From positions 11,656,001 through 11,720,000 of the forward strand of contig OX597836.1 in NCBI GenBank assembly GCA_951406725.2: a stretch of DNA of 64,000 nt, written 5' to 3'. The translations under genes and the position numbers were made by a program. Below are positions 1-15,440 of the stretch, in pieces (position 1 is the first letter of the stretch; each line of letters starts with the position of its first letter). Below the pieces are notes generated by a model. It worked only from the letters and a program-made list of their open reading frames with translations. It was not told the origin of the DNA and made no database searches. Source of the stretch: Octopus vulgaris. Taxonomy: Eukaryota.

Positions 1-554
1 GTATGTATGTAGACTGAGATCCTTAAGATTTTAGCGCTTACAGTGAGAAATTTAATATTGACATATCTTAAAATATAGCGGTTGACAAGTTATCCTTTCG
101 ATATTTGGAGTGGAAGTAAAAAATATAACGATGTAAGAAAGACTCTGAGACAATAAGGCATACACAGGAGTAGGGAAAAAAATAGCAACACAAAAGAAAA
201 AAACAACAAAAGCAACAATGATACAGTAGCAGCATATATACGCACGCCCTCGTGTGTGCGTGTAATATGCTCAGTTTCGCTAAAACTAGAGAAAAAATAT
301 AACGCTGTTAATTTTTACGAACGTGACGTGGGTTTTTTTCTTCCTCATTTTGACAGGATAATACATTTTATTGTGCATCCTTCAAATTTCCAAAGGACCA
401 TACCATTCCGTTCCGTTCTTTTTTTGTTTTCAGCTGTCAACTTTTCCCATTATTATTTTTAAGCTTTTTCCAAACCAAAATTGTTCTACACCTACTTACA
501 CCGAATTCACAGCCTCTATACAAAAAGATAAAGCAAAAAAAAAAGAAAGTATTA

Positions 555-595
<41 letters not shown>

Positions 596-734
596 ATTTG
601 TATTATGACAAAGGTGGCGAGCTGCCAGATTCGTTAGAACGACAGACACAATGCTTAGTTGGCACTTTTTTCGGCTATAAATTCTGAGTCCGCAGAGCGC
701 CGAGATCGTCTGCTTTTTATCCATTCAGAGTTAC

Positions 735-955
735 CCTCTTACTCTTTTACTTGTTTCAGTCATTTGACTGTGGCCATGCTGGAGTACCGTCTTGTGTCGA
801 GCAAATCGACCCCAGGACTTATTCTTTGTAAACCTAGTACTTATTCTATCGTTCTCTTTTGCCGAACCGCTAAGTTACGGGGACGTGAACACACCAGCAT
901 CGGTTGTCAAGCGATGTTGGGAGACAAATACACACACACACAAACGTATACACAT

Positions 956-988
<33 letters not shown>

Positions 989-1130
989 CATATATATGAC
1001 GGGCTTCTTTCAGTTTCCGTCTACCAAATCCACTCACAAGGCATTGGTCGGCCCGAGGCTATAGTAGAAGACACTTGCCCAAGGTACCACGCAGTGGGAC
1101 TGAACCCGGAACCATGTAGTTCGTAAGCAA
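735..1130 (-). mobile_element. SINE family A (tRNA-like head, internal microsatellite, (GAGTAAAA)n tail), head slightly truncated
   Basis: Reverse complement of the 1681-2130 copy; shared blocks such as cttttacttgtttcagtcatttgactg, aacacaccagcatcggttgtcaagc and gaagacacttgcccaagg recur many times in the window. Confidence 0.9.
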
Positions 1131-1279
1131 GGGCGATGTAATCGGCTTGCCCCCCTCCCCCAAAATTCTAGGTCATATACTCTAAGTAGAAAGGGTTATT
1201 ATTAAAGCAGTGAGCTGGCAGAATCTTCAGTATCGTTAAGGCGGCGAGGTAGCAGAAACGATAGTACACCGTGGTGATA

Positions 1280-1317
1280 TGTCTATCTATCTATCTGTCT
1301 GTCTGTCTGTCCGTCTG

Positions 1318-1408
<91 letters not shown>

Positions 1409-1460
1409 GTCTATGTATCTGTCTGTTCGTCTGTGTATGTATCTATTCATCCTTCTATCT
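1280..1460. repeat. (TCTA)n/(TCTG)n microsatellite
   Basis: Direct tetranucleotide repeat visible in sequence. Confidence 0.97.
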
Positions 1461-1462
1461 AC

Positions 1463-1676
1463 GGGCATATAGCGTAGTGGTTCAGAGTGCGGGCTACTAA
1501 CCCCAAGATTCCGAGTTCGATTCCAGGCAGTGGCCTTAACATCAAAAAATATCTTAGGAATGAGAACCCAGGTTCAAAATTTCTCCCCAAACACCTGATG
1601 AAGGCTGGAAGGTAGATTCAGCCAAAAACAAACAAGATGAGGACAAATGTCCGTAAATAATGTAAATAATGTAAAG
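1463..1676 (+). mobile_element. tRNA-headed SINE-like element (family E) with hammerhead-like core and (AAATAATGT)n tail
   Basis: A box tagcgtagtgg 1470-1480, B box gagttcgattcc 1513-1524; CTGATGA 1595-1601 followed by stem ggctg/cagcc; ends in taaataatgtaaataatgtaaa. Confidence 0.65.
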
Positions 1677-1680
1677 AAAG

Positions 1681-1835
1681 AGGAGTGGCTGTGTGGTAAG
1701 TAGCTTGCTAACCAACCACAGTTCCGGGTTCAGTCCCACTGCGTGGCATCTTGGGCAAGTGTCTTCTGCTATAGCCCCGGGCCGACCAATGCCTTGTGAG
1801 TGGATTTGGTAGACAGAAACTGAAAGAAGCCTGTC

Positions 1836-1903
<68 letters not shown>

Positions 1904-2130
1904 ATGTGTTTGTCTGTGTTTGTCCCCCTAGCATTGCTTGACAACCGATGCTGGTGTGTTTACGTCTCCGTCACTTAGCGGTTCGGCAAAAGAGACCGAT
2001 AGAATAAGTACTGGGCTTACAAAAAGAATAAGTCCCGGGGTCGATTTGCTCGACTAAAAAGGCGGTGCTCCAGCATGGCCGCAGTCAAAATGACTGAAAC
2101 AAGTAAAAGAGAGAAAAGAAAGAGAGTAAA
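1681..2130 (+). mobile_element. SINE family A, near full length
   Basis: Head aggagtggctgtgtggtaag...gggttcagtccc (pol III A/B-box-like), cttgggcaagtgtcttct, internal (TA)n(TG)n, tail ggcggtgctccagcatggccgcagtcaaaatgactgaaacaagtaaaagag. Confidence 0.92.
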
Positions 2131-2294
2131 AAATGCTGACAACAGCAATAACTGTTAAGATATTGACAATCTTAAACGACAGCCACATCGAAATTGACAA
2201 GATTAGCGCAAACATGGACGATGGAGACATCGACAACAACGATTAGAAATATATAAAAAAAAACAGGCGTCAGAAGGACATCAACGTTTTTTGG

Positions 2295-2739
2295 TGTGAG
2301 CAACGGCAACAGCAACAACAACAACGACAATAACAGCAACAATAACAGCGACGGTAACATCAACGGCATTGAAAACAAGCAACAACAACAACAACAACGA
2401 CAACATCGAAATAATGAAAAAAAACATCAACGTGCACGTGAGTAACATCAGCAGCAGTATCAACATCGTCAACATCATCATCATCATCTTCATCATCATC
2501 AACATCATCATCATCATCATTTTCGTCATCATCATCACCGCAAGCATCACCAGCATCAGGACCATCATCAGCATCATCAACATTATCATCATTTTCGTCA
2601 TCATCATCATCATCAACATCATCATCATTTTCGTCATCATCATCATCATCATCATCAACATCATTTTCGTCATCATCATCATCATCATCAACATCATCAT
2701 CATTTTCGTCATCATCATCACCACCATCATCATCATCAT

Positions 2740-2775
<36 letters not shown>

Positions 2776-2898
2776 TATCATCATCAAAATCATCACCACC
2801 ATCATCATCATCATCACCATCATCATCACCATAATCATCATCATCATCACCACCACCACCATCATCATCATCATCGCCATCATCACCATCATCATCAA

Positions 2899-2949
<51 letters not shown>

Positions 2950-2950
2950 T
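2295..2950. repeat. (CAA)n grading into long imperfect (CAT)n tract
   Basis: Trinucleotide repeat; explains the poly-M, poly-D and poly-I ORFs. Confidence 0.95.
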
Positions 2951-2969
2951 AATATTTTCATCAACATAG

Positions 2970-3140
2970 CGAGTGTTCACGTCCCTGTAACATAACAGAT
3001 CGGCAAAAGTTACCGATAAAATACGTACCAGGTTTTTAAAAACAAAATAGAAAAGCATTGGGGTCGATTCATTCGATTAAAAATTCTTGGAGATGATGCT
3101 CCAGCCTGACCGCAGTCTAATGACTAAAACAAATGAACGA
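2970..3140 (+). mobile_element. Diverged 3' half of SINE family A
   Basis: gtgttcacgtccctgtaac...ggggtcgattcattcgattaaa...tgctccagcctgaccgcagtctaatgactaaaac matches the family A tail. Confidence 0.75.
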
Positions 3141-3214
3141 GACCTCATGGTGCTCTTCTCTCCAACGCTGGTGGGAGCACCACGTCGTTTGTACACTATG
3201 GAAATAGAATACCA

Positions 3215-3430
3215 ACATTACCTATTTCTTTACTACCCACAAGGGGTTAAACATAGAAGGGACAAACAAGGACAACCGGATTAAGAGTGCGTAACTGGTA
3301 CTTAATTTATCGACCCCCGAAAGGATGAAAGGCAACGTGGACCTCGGCGGAATTTGAAGTCAGAATGTAACGGTAGACGAAAACCGGCTACGCATTTCGC
3401 CCGGCGTGCTATTGTTTCTGCCAGCTCTAC
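3215..3430 (-). mobile_element. SINE family C
   Basis: Reverse complement of the 4789-5020 copy with an internal deletion. Confidence 0.85.
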
Positions 3431-3907
3431 CAAAATGACGCTTGTATCGTGTTTTAAAATTCACACAATACTAGAAGTATGCTTACACGATTGCGTAATG
3501 AGACATCCCTTAAATCTGAACTGGTTCTGATCTTTTACAGGATTATCCTGGTAAAACATCAAGGAAGTAGAAAGAATAGCTTAGCATTCAATTGAAAATT
3601 ATTCAAAACCTGAATAATATCCTACAAGAATAACCAAACAAGATACCAAGAACAGAATATGTTTCGGTCAGAAACTTGTTATTCGAGTGGGCAACGATGT
3701 CCCAAAGTGTAATTTCAACCATATCAACTGGTGGTCCTTATGTTGAGAAGTAGAAGGCCACAAATGCTGCCGAGGTCGATTTTGGCATTTATTCTTTCGG
3801 GATCGATAAAACAAGCACACTGGGGTCAATGTAATCGGCTTATTCCGCTTACCCAAAATTTCTGGCCTTGTGCCAAAATTTGAAATCAATTTTATACACA
3901 CACACAC

Positions 3908-3952
<45 letters not shown>

Positions 3953-4061
3953 CAGAAGTAAGCATGTAAGTTTAAAAGAAGATGGAAAAAATAGTACTCG
4001 ATGACCAAAGGCAGAGTAAAATACTGCCTTCCTTTTCTCTGAAAGGTTTGTAACGTTTTAA

Positions 4062-4459
4062 TTCTTTTACTTGTTTCATTCATTTGACTGCAGCCATGCT
4101 GGAGCACCGCCTTCAGTCGAACAAATCGACCTCAGGACTCATTCTTTGTAAAGCTACTACTACTTATTCTATCGGTTTCTTTTGCCGAACCACTAAGTTA
4201 AGAGGACATAAACACACCAGCATCGGTTGTCAAGCGATGGTTGGGGGACAAACACAGACGAACAAAAATATATATATTTATATATGTATATATACGACGG
4301 GCTTCTTTCAGTTTCCGTCTACCAAATCCACTCACAAGGCTTTGGTCGGTCACAGGCTATAGTAGAAGACACTTGCCTAAGGTGTCACGCAGTGGGAATG
4401 AACCCGGAACCATGTTGTTGGTAAGCAAGCTACTTACCACACAGCCATTCCTGTGCCTA
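4062..4459 (-). mobile_element. SINE family A, near full length
   Basis: Colinear with the other family A copies. Confidence 0.9.
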
Positions 4460-4788
4460 TGCGCTTTTCTTGAAGAAATGCATAAAATATTGACATCACG
4501 GTTATTACAGCTGTCGTTTTGGTCTCGTAGTTTATTAACTTTCCTTAGTATTTCGAATTTAATTCTTTTTTTTTTAACAAATATTGTTATAAATAAAGAA
4601 ATCTTAATTATTTTTAACATCATGCCGGAAAATATTAATATCGTGTTAGAAATAATTATTATTGCCAGCTTGCGTTTCTCACAGTTTCAAAACCAGGAAG
4701 AAAAAAACAAATGGCTTTATTTTTCTATACGGGTGTTATATATAACTCTTGCTTTATCGAGCCATATATACACCCGGTATCTGCAAGT

Positions 4789-5020
4789 AGGCGGCGAGCT
4801 GGCAGAAACCTTAGCACGCCGGGCGAAATGCTTACCGGTATTTCGTCGGCCGTTACGTTCTGAGTTCAAATTCCGCCGAGGTCGACTTTGCCTTTCATCC
4901 TTTCGGGGTCGATAAATTAAGTACCGGTTACGCACTGGAGTCGATGTAATCAACTTAATCCGTTTGTCTGTCCTTGTTTGTCCCCTCTGTGTTTAGCCCC
5001 TTGTGGGTAGTAAAGAAACA
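4789..5020 (+). mobile_element. SINE family C (core gcctttcatcctttcggggtcgataaattaagtacc, resembling the Meta-type SINE central domain), full length with 13-bp TSD
   Basis: Flanked by ggtatctgcaagt at 4776-4788 and 5021-5033; B-box-like gagttcaaattcc; many other copies in the window. Superfamily assignment is from recall. Confidence 0.9.
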
Positions 5021-5164
5021 GGTATCTGCAAGTTTACCACGAGATCTATAACATCCGACGACCAGTGAGCCAAAGAGGGAATCTTTACGCAGTAACTGGA
5101 CCAGCTAAGTCAGTGGTTTTCAACCGTATTTTGTTTATTTTATTTTACCCATTTTACTATTTAA

Positions 5165-5772
5165 TTCTTATTTCTTTATTGCCCACAAGCGGCTAAACAT
5201 AGAGGGGACAAACAAGGACAGACAAAGGGATTAAGTTGATGAGATCGACCCCAGTGCGTAACTGGTACTTAATTTATCGACCCCAAAAGAATGAAAAACA
5301 AAGTCAACCTCGGCGGAATTTGAACTCAGAACGTAACGGCAGACGAAATACGGCTACGAATTTCACCCGGCGTGCTAACGATTCTGCCAGCTCGCCGCCT
5401 TAAATAATTTCTTTACTTCCCACAAGGGGCTAAACACAGAGAAGACAAACAAGGACAGATAAACGGATTAAGTCGATTATATCGACCCCAGTGCGTAACT
5501 GGTACTTATTTAATCGACCCCGAAAGGATGAAAAGCAAAGTCGACTTCGGAGGAATTTGAACTCAGAACGTAGTGGCTGACGAAATACTTATTTCTTTAC
5601 TACCCACAAGGGGCTAAACACAGAGAGGACAAACAAGGACAGACAAACAGATTAAGTTGATTTTATCGACCCCAGTGCGTAACTGGCACTTATTTAGTCG
5701 ACCCCGAAAGGATGAAAAGCAAAGTCGACCTCAGCGGAATTTGAACTCAGAACGTAGCGGCAAACGAAATAC
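5165..5772 (-). mobile_element. Head-to-tail array of three family C SINE units
   Basis: atttctttac/ttgcccacaag...tttgaactcagaacgta repeated three times. Confidence 0.9.
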
Positions 5773-6614
5773 TTTACTCCCTTGGTCATTCTCTCTCACT
5801 CTCCCTGTCACTCACTCTCTCTCTCTCTCTCATCATCTCGCTCACTTTCTCTCTCTCTTTGTCGCTCTCTCTCCCAGTTTCTGTCACTCTCTCTCTCTCT
5901 CTGTCACTCTCCCTTTGTCTTTCTTTCTCTCCCCCTCACTCACTCACCCTCTCTCTCACTTCCCCAGCTGTCTCATCCTCGATGTATCGCTAAATCAAGA
6001 TTAACAGACGTCCGGGTGGTTGTTTACGTCTATCCGCTCCTGTATAATCACCAAAGCAATCAGCGAAAACCCGATACATATCGCAAAGCCATATCATCAA
6101 TCGCTCGCGAGTGACGGCCAGCCTACACACTATCTTATCTTATCTTATCAGAATATTTAAAAACAAACACACATTTGTCTTACATTTTTATATGAATTTA
6201 TTCAGAGTGTTTCAAAATGTTTCTTTAACGTAAAAAGGAAAAACAATTCTTGTTTATCAGGCTGAATAGAACGTAGATTTTTTTAATAATGATAAAATTT
6301 AGTATCACCAGTTTCAGGATGGTTCTTTTCCTCTTCAACACTACACCATTGTCTGCTAGGAACACACAAGCATTTTTTTTTTGTTTTACCTTTTTTCACT
6401 TACTTTTCTTTTCTGTTCTTTTTATTTATTTGTCCAGAAGTGTCAGACATCTGTCTGTTGACGGCGCTAAAATATTTGAAATATTCTTCAAAGTAAACAA
6501 GAACGGAAGAACTGGAGTTCATTCTTCGCCAAAAAGTGGTTAGCTTCTCTCTTTTTTTTTTATTTCAGTTAAAAGGAAAAAGAAAAGACATCGTAACAAG
6601 ATTAACTGAAATCA

Positions 6615-6624
6615 ATATTATTAC

Positions 6625-6712
<88 letters not shown>

Positions 6713-6748
6713 GTATTGTTACTGTTACTATTATTATTATTATTAATA

Positions 6749-6796
<48 letters not shown>

Positions 6797-6819
6797 TGTT
6801 ACTGTTACTATTATTATTA

Positions 6820-6884
<65 letters not shown>

Positions 6885-6900
6885 TATTAATATTATTATC
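6615..6900. repeat. (ATT)n tract
   Basis: Direct trinucleotide repeat. Confidence 0.97.
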
Positions 6901-6998
6901 TTCATAGTATTTTTTCCGATATATTTCTCCTTTATTCAAACTTTGACAATGCTTTCCGGGCAAATATATTTTCACAGCTTCTGCAGAAGCGCAACAAA

Positions 6999-6999
<1 letters not shown>

Positions 7000-7061
<62 letters not shown>

Positions 7062-7147
7062 TATATAAAGAAAGACAGAGAGAGAAACATACAGGTGATG
7101 CAAGCGTTGCACAGCGGTGCGGAGATACGGTGTGCGTGTAAGAATGT

Positions 7148-7213
<66 letters not shown>

Positions 7214-7238
7214 GAGAGAGAGAGAGAGAGAGAGATGG

Positions 7239-7283
<45 letters not shown>

Positions 7284-7650
7284 GGGAGAGAGAGAGAGAA
7301 GACAGACATCCAGACAGAAAAAATAGACAGACAGAAATTTGTATGAGTGTGTATATAGAGATACGTAAGTGAAATTATATATGAGCATATGTATTTATTG
7401 ACATGTATATAAGTGTGTGTGAATATATATGTATGTACGTATGAATATATATGTATGTATATGTATATCTGTGTATATTTGTGCGTGTCTGTATGTATTT
7501 GAGAGTATGTTTATATATAGAAAGAGAGATGTTTGAGTGTATACATATATGTATATATTGAATCAGTATATATGTATATAGATGTTCGTGTGTGTACATA
7601 TGAGTATATGTTTCTCTGTGTGTATGTGTATGCATGTGTATATATATATA

Positions 7651-7694
<44 letters not shown>

Positions 7695-7810
7695 GTCATA
7701 CAAATCAAAATATAAGTAGAAGACCACTATCTCCCATCTCCCGAAACAAATGAAAGTAAAAATCTAATTATAAATATAAAATAAACATACATACATGCAA
7801 ACATACATAC

Positions 7811-7868
<58 letters not shown>

Positions 7869-7980
7869 TACATATATTTGTGTGCATGTACACACACGCA
7901 TATATACATGCACACGTACATATAAACACATGTATATATAAACACATACGCGTATATATTTATACAAACACACTATATAA

Positions 7981-8043
<63 letters not shown>

Positions 8044-8106
8044 TGCATACTTACATACCTAAACATACTCGTACATACATACATACATACATACATACAT
8101 ACATAC

Positions 8107-8137
<31 letters not shown>

Positions 8138-8180
8138 CATACATACATACATACATACATACATACATACATACACACAG
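7000..8180. repeat. Compound microsatellite field: (TA)n, (GA)n, (TG)n, (TACA)n
   Basis: Direct inspection. Confidence 0.95.
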
Positions 8181-8603
8181 CCATAAAGCCCTTTCCCAAC
8201 GTGACTATTGTCTGTCATATTAAAACTGAATAGACAGAAAATAAAAGAATTTTCCTTGTTTTAGGATATATATTTCAATATTGTTAATATTTCTATTATT
8301 ATTTCGTTTTTTTATTTCTTTTCTTCTTCTGTCTTGGAATATAAAACAAATTGTAGCTTGAATAGGAACAAAGACAATCGACCAACAACAACAACAAAAA
8401 AATGCACAAAAGACACGAAAAAAATGTAATATGGTTTCCATTTTGTTTAGCCGCAAAAAATATATATTTCTGCTTCGCAAAGAAAAAAAAAATGGAGAGC
8501 AAAAAATCCTATAGAGTCGTTCTGATATTTCATCTTCGGTTTCTTCATGTTTGGAACCTTCAAACGTTCACCTCATGACTACTTTATCTTGTTCACTCAC
8601 TCG

Positions 8604-9620
<1,017 letters not shown>

Positions 9621-9661
9621 TATAGAATAAAACTATATATATATATATATATATATATTTG

Positions 9662-9802
<141 letters not shown>

Positions 9803-10207
9803 CCCAGGTTGTCTGGGTTCTATTCTCGGCATGGTAGCTTATTCTTTTGAAAAGGTGGTGGAGCTGCATGGGCTGGCCCTCGGGTTGGAACTTGTAAAGG
9901 ATAAAAGATCTATTGCAGCAATAATTCTTATTTTATGCCATAAATTTCAAAAAAATCTATCACAGATTAATCATCTTCCAACGTTATCTGCTTGGCTGGA
10001 ATTAAGATTTAGTAGTCTTTGAGATAAAACCTGATTTCTGTCGACTGGAACATCTCTTAAAGTTTTTCACTGGGTAAAACAACACAAAACGAAAATAACA
10101 AAAGAAAAAAAAAGAAAATCTTTCTTAGGTTTGAGTGGATGACGTACGTCGGAAGGCAACGAACTGATCCGAAAATTCCCGAGCATGTATCACATATAAT
10201 ATCATGC

Positions 10208-10278
<71 letters not shown>

Positions 10279-10333
10279 TTATTATGTATGTATATATATA
10301 TAAATATATATATTTATATATAAATATATATAC

Positions 10334-10398
<65 letters not shown>

Positions 10399-10439
10399 AC
10401 AGGCATATATATGTACATTTTTATAAATATCTATATACT

Positions 10440-10650
10440 CTTTCATACTCTTTTACTTGTTTCAGTCATTTGACCGTGGCCATGCTGGAGCACCGCCTCT
10501 AGTCGAGCAAATTTACCCCAGGACATATTCTTTGTAAGCCTAGTACTTATTCTATCCGTCTTTTTTGCCCGACCGCTAAGTTACGTGGACGTAAACACAC
10601 CAGCATCGGTTGTCAAGCGATGTTGGGGGACAAACACAGACACACAAGCA
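10440..10650 (-). mobile_element. SINE family A 3' half
   Basis: Matches family A tail and body up to the internal microsatellite. Confidence 0.88.
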
Positions 10651-10717
10651 TATACACACACATACATACATACATACATACATACATACATACATACATA
10701 CACACATACATATATAT

Positions 10718-10752
<35 letters not shown>

Positions 10753-11069
10753 TTTATACATACATAATTGATATATTGTGCATCTGTGTGTGCGCAGGCG
10801 CACATGAACACAGGCACCCATACGTCTTGAATGTCATTGCTATTCTAAAATTACTCTCTTTTTCATTTCCCATAGGACTTGGGGCAGTAAATTAGAATTA
10901 ACTATTAAAATAAGCCTAACCTGAACACAATTGCAAGTCTATAACCCGGAACCATGTGGTTACCTCATACCACATAACCACGCCTGCTGTGTCTAAACAC
11001 ACACACACACACGCATGCACATACATACATACATACATACATACATACATACATACATACATACATACA

Positions 11070-11119
<50 letters not shown>

Positions 11120-11387
11120 AATGTATATTTAAAATTATATGTTCATACAGCACCAGGAGATAAGACAAAAAGACAAAATAAACTAGCAAAAGATTACTGG
11201 ATAATTCCAGACCACGGGTTTCTGACTTTCCATAAGAAATGCTTTGCCTCTTCAGTGGAATATACGCAGAAAGTAACATAAATACACATATATATATACA
11301 TATGACATACGAATACTTACATATACGAGCATATACATACATGTATATGCACGTATGCAACACGACCAAGACGCCATGATAGATCAT

Positions 11388-11571
11388 TAGGTACTACACA
11401 CATTTTTTCTCTCCTTGTTTCTCTCTTTGTTTTTTCTGTGTCCCTTTCTGTAGAAGAGCGTAGGCTCGAAACGTAAAAGACTTTTTCTATTCCTGAGCGT
11501 TATACTAATACATCTGTTTGTTTTGTACACCACCTGTCTTCGTCTTTTGTTTTTTTCGTAAACTCTCCCTA
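11388..11571 (+). mobile_element. Short Penelope-like terminal piece with minimal hammerhead-like motif
   Basis: cttt-CTGTAGA-a-gagc(gtag)gctc-GAAA-cgta-aaag at 11444-11479; related copy at 62205-62332; abuts (CA)(TA)n. Confidence 0.6.
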
Positions 11572-11580
11572 CACACACAC

Positions 11581-11629
<49 letters not shown>

Positions 11630-12505
11630 CATCAGGCTTCGACACAGTTTCCGTCTGCCAAATTCACTCACAAAGCAGTGGTCAAAGCGGGGCTTTATTT
11701 GAAGGCACATGCTCAATGTGCCGTTCATTGGGATTGAACCTGAAGTCACGCGGTTCCAAAGCAATATTTTTAACCATACAGCTATGCTTACAGAGATTAA
11801 TTGACAAAAAACAAAAAAGAACAAAAACAAAATAAATTAACGATAACAAACGTTTCGAGTGGAAATCAAACCCGTTTCATGAATTCGAGGCGTTATTTCA
11901 ATGGATTTACTCTGGAATCATAATATATAACACGAATTATTTCCACTCGAACTGCGATACAGAGATATGCCATATCCAAGGAAATCGAACAAGCCATTAA
12001 TCGAAGCCCTATTTGTATGACTAAATCATATTTCTTTCTATCTATCTCTTTATCTATTAATCTTTATTATTTTCTATCAGTTTATTCAGACCAACGACTC
12101 CCTAGGCAATGATAAATCAGAAGTCGAATCTATACGGGACAGACGGCACTTATGGTTATTAAAGGTACAGTAAGGAAGTAAAGATTATGCGTATGACATT
12201 CGCCGACCTACCAGCACTGTTCCTATGGATGTGGTCGATATTCTAAGGAACGCGTATGTGAAAAGCGAGCCAACAACGGAAGTTCTATGCGGTGTCTTGA
12301 TCTGATAAAATAGCAACCAAATCGTATTCAAATAACAACGCCCCACGATCTGATCACAGTCAAAATATCTTTCAGTATGAGTCGACTCAATCACAGCTAC
12401 CTAGGGTTAAACAACAAGAGAAGTAGGAAGAGGAGAATTCATTGGTATTAAGGAAGAGCGAGCATCATATCCCAGTCAATCAGAGATCTGGGGTTGTTTT
12501 TGGAA

Positions 12506-12897
12506 CAGGGCGTGGCTGTGTGGTAAGAAGCTGGCTTCCCAACCGCGTGGTTCCGGGTTCAATCTTGCTAAAGTATCTTCTACTATATCCTCGGGCCGAC
12601 CAAGGCCTCGTGAGTGAATTTCCTAGACGGAAACTGAAAGAAACCCGTCGTATATATAAGTAAATATGTAAATATCTGTGTGTGAGTCTTTGTGTCTGTG
12701 TTTGTCCCCTCGCTCATTACCGCTTAACAACCGGTGTTGGCATGTTTACATCCCCACAACTTAGCGGTTCGGTGAAATATAATGATAGAATAAGTACTAG
12801 GCTGTAAAAAAAATAAGTCCCGGGGTCGATTTGTTCCACTAAAACCGTTCAGTGCGGTGCTCCAGCATGGCCGCAATCTGACTGAAACAAGCAAAAG

Positions 12898-12900
<3 letters not shown>
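12506..12900 (+). mobile_element. SINE family A, diverged near full-length copy
   Basis: Head gtggctgtgtggtaag, body and tail colinear with the family. Confidence 0.87.
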
Positions 12901-12967
<67 letters not shown>

Positions 12968-13494
12968 TTTGCTTGTTTCAGTCAGATAAAGAACAGTGAC
13001 TCAGATAAAGAACAGTTTGAGCGCTACATGTGTGTATGCAGTTTAAAGCGATCGCCTGCATGTCTACATAAGGCGCTACCCTAACGTATGCAAGCGAATT
13101 TTAAAACACACACACACTTACACATATAAAGCACGTGTCCCATAAGAGTGTGGTGTTTTCAAGTGTAAAATTTCTTAAAAAACTTAACTTACGTATGGGA
13201 CATCCCATGCGCTTACGTCTATATATAGGTATGTATATGCATATATTTAGAAATATATAAATATGCGGGCATAAGTATGCATGTATGTATATATATGTGT
13301 GTGTGTGTATGTGTGTGAGCGTGCAAATGTGCACGTGTTGGGCTTATTTTAATAGTTAAATCTCATTTACTGCCCCACGTCATATGGGAAATGAAAATGA
13401 GAGGAATTTTAAAATAGAACTGAAACAAAAGACGTATGCGTGCCTAAGTTGTGTATGTGTCTGCAGAGATATATGTGGCGAGGATTTCTCTCCC

Positions 13495-13525
<31 letters not shown>

Positions 13526-13886
13526 ATCTCTATCTATCTATCTATCTATCTCCCTCTCTCTCTCTCTGTTTGTTTGTGTGTGTGTGTAGGTGGAAGATGG
13601 CGTGGAGAAGGTGTTGGTATTAGGTTTGGAAAACAAGAGAGAAAAATGCTTGTAGCGAAATTAATGGGAAGTAAAGTAAACAAGTAGGTATTATTATATA
13701 ACGAAAACAATAAGTGTGTGTGTGCGTGTGTGTTTGTGTGTATGTGTGTGTGTTTGTGTGTATGTGTGTGTGTGTTTGTGTGTGTGTATGTGTGTGTGTG
13801 TGTGAGTGTCTGTGTGTGAGTGTATGTGTGCGTGTGAATAAATTTGTGTGTGCATGTATATTTATATATGTGGATATGCATGTGTG

Positions 13887-13978
<92 letters not shown>

Positions 13979-14078
13979 CATAAATAAATATAACAGGGAA
14001 TTTTTTACCACTATGTGGTAAATTTAAAATACAAATTAAAATATAAATTAAATTTATATATAAATTTTTTTTTAAATT

Positions 14079-14111
<33 letters not shown>

Positions 14112-14404
14112 GGTGCGTGTATGTATATATATATATATATATAGGTGCGTGTATATATACGGTGTATGTATTTATATATGTGATTGTGTGTGTTTGTGTG
14201 CGTGAGTGTAATCAGATAGATAATTGAAAGAAAAAACATCGAGTGAGAGAAAGAGAGAGAGAGAGAGAGAGAGGGGAAGAATAAAACATAGAATGAAATA
14301 TAGAAAGGATGAATGAAATACGAATGAGATGAGATTCAGTGAAATTCAGTTACAAAAGACCGTTGGAATAGAATATATTTGGAAAGCTATAAAATCACAA
14401 ATGC

Positions 14405-14429
14405 CAATAATAATAATAATAACAATAAC

Positions 14430-14496
<67 letters not shown>

Positions 14497-14522
14497 GTAA
14501 TAATATTAATGATAATAATAAC

Positions 14523-14593
<71 letters not shown>

Positions 14594-14607
14594 TAATAAC
14601 AATAATA

Positions 14608-14644
<37 letters not shown>

Positions 14645-14651
14645 TAATAAC

Positions 14652-14692
<41 letters not shown>

Positions 14693-14780
14693 TAATAATA
14701 ATAATAATAATAATAATAATTATAAAAATAATAATAATAATAATAATAATAATAGTAATAATAATAATAATTATAATAAT

Positions 14781-14815
<35 letters not shown>

Positions 14816-14822
14816 TAATAAC

Positions 14823-14917
<95 letters not shown>
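14405..14917. repeat. About 510-bp (AAT)n tract
   Basis: Direct inspection; explains the poly-I, poly-N and poly-L ORFs. Confidence 0.98.
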
Positions 14918-14918
<1 letters not shown>

Positions 14919-15031
14919 CCTTTCTACTAAAAGTACAAAGCCTGAAATTTGGTGGGAGGGGACTATTCGACCCCAGTGTTTCTCTGGTACTTAATTTATC
15001 GACCCCGAAAGGATGAAAGCGAAAATTGACC

Positions 15032-15440
15032 TAAAGAACAAGACTGAAATCCTAAACGTGGCTGCCCATGATCAGGCATTGAATACTAACTCTGATAGGC
15101 AATATATACCACACAAGTGCAACGAACCTTTGCAGAATGTGTGGGAAGAGGGTCGAAAGCGTGACTCACATTGTTAGCGTTTGTGAAAAGCTTGCACGGA
15201 AAGAGTACAAGCGTAGACACGACAAAATAGCCCAAAACCTCCACTGGTTACTATGCTGGAAGTAGGGATACAAGGTAACGCATGCTTGATACCAACATAC
15301 ACCGGAAAAGGTAATGGACGAAAAATGGAGGGCAACAATCCTCCGGGATTTTGAGTTCCAGGAAGACAAGGTGTTACAGCACCGAAGGCCGGATATAATA
15401 ACCTATAAGAGGGACAAATAAGGGTGCCTAATGATTGACG
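15032..15440 (+). mobile_element. Decayed non-LTR retrotransposon fragment, restriction-like-endonuclease type (R4/Dong-like)
   Basis: Manual translation across stops/frameshifts: AAHDQALNT, CRMCGKRVESVTHIVSVC (CCHC knuckle), LARKEYKRRHDKIA (RHD motif), HRRPDII...LMID (PD..D catalytic motif). Confidence 0.85.

Noticed and set aside
2281-3058. Long poly-Met, poly-Asp and poly-Ile ORFs
   Set aside because: All are frames of one (CAT)n microsatellite, with no splice or homology support.
14329-14994. Poly-Asn, poly-Ile and poly-Leu ORFs
   Set aside because: Translations of (AAT)n.
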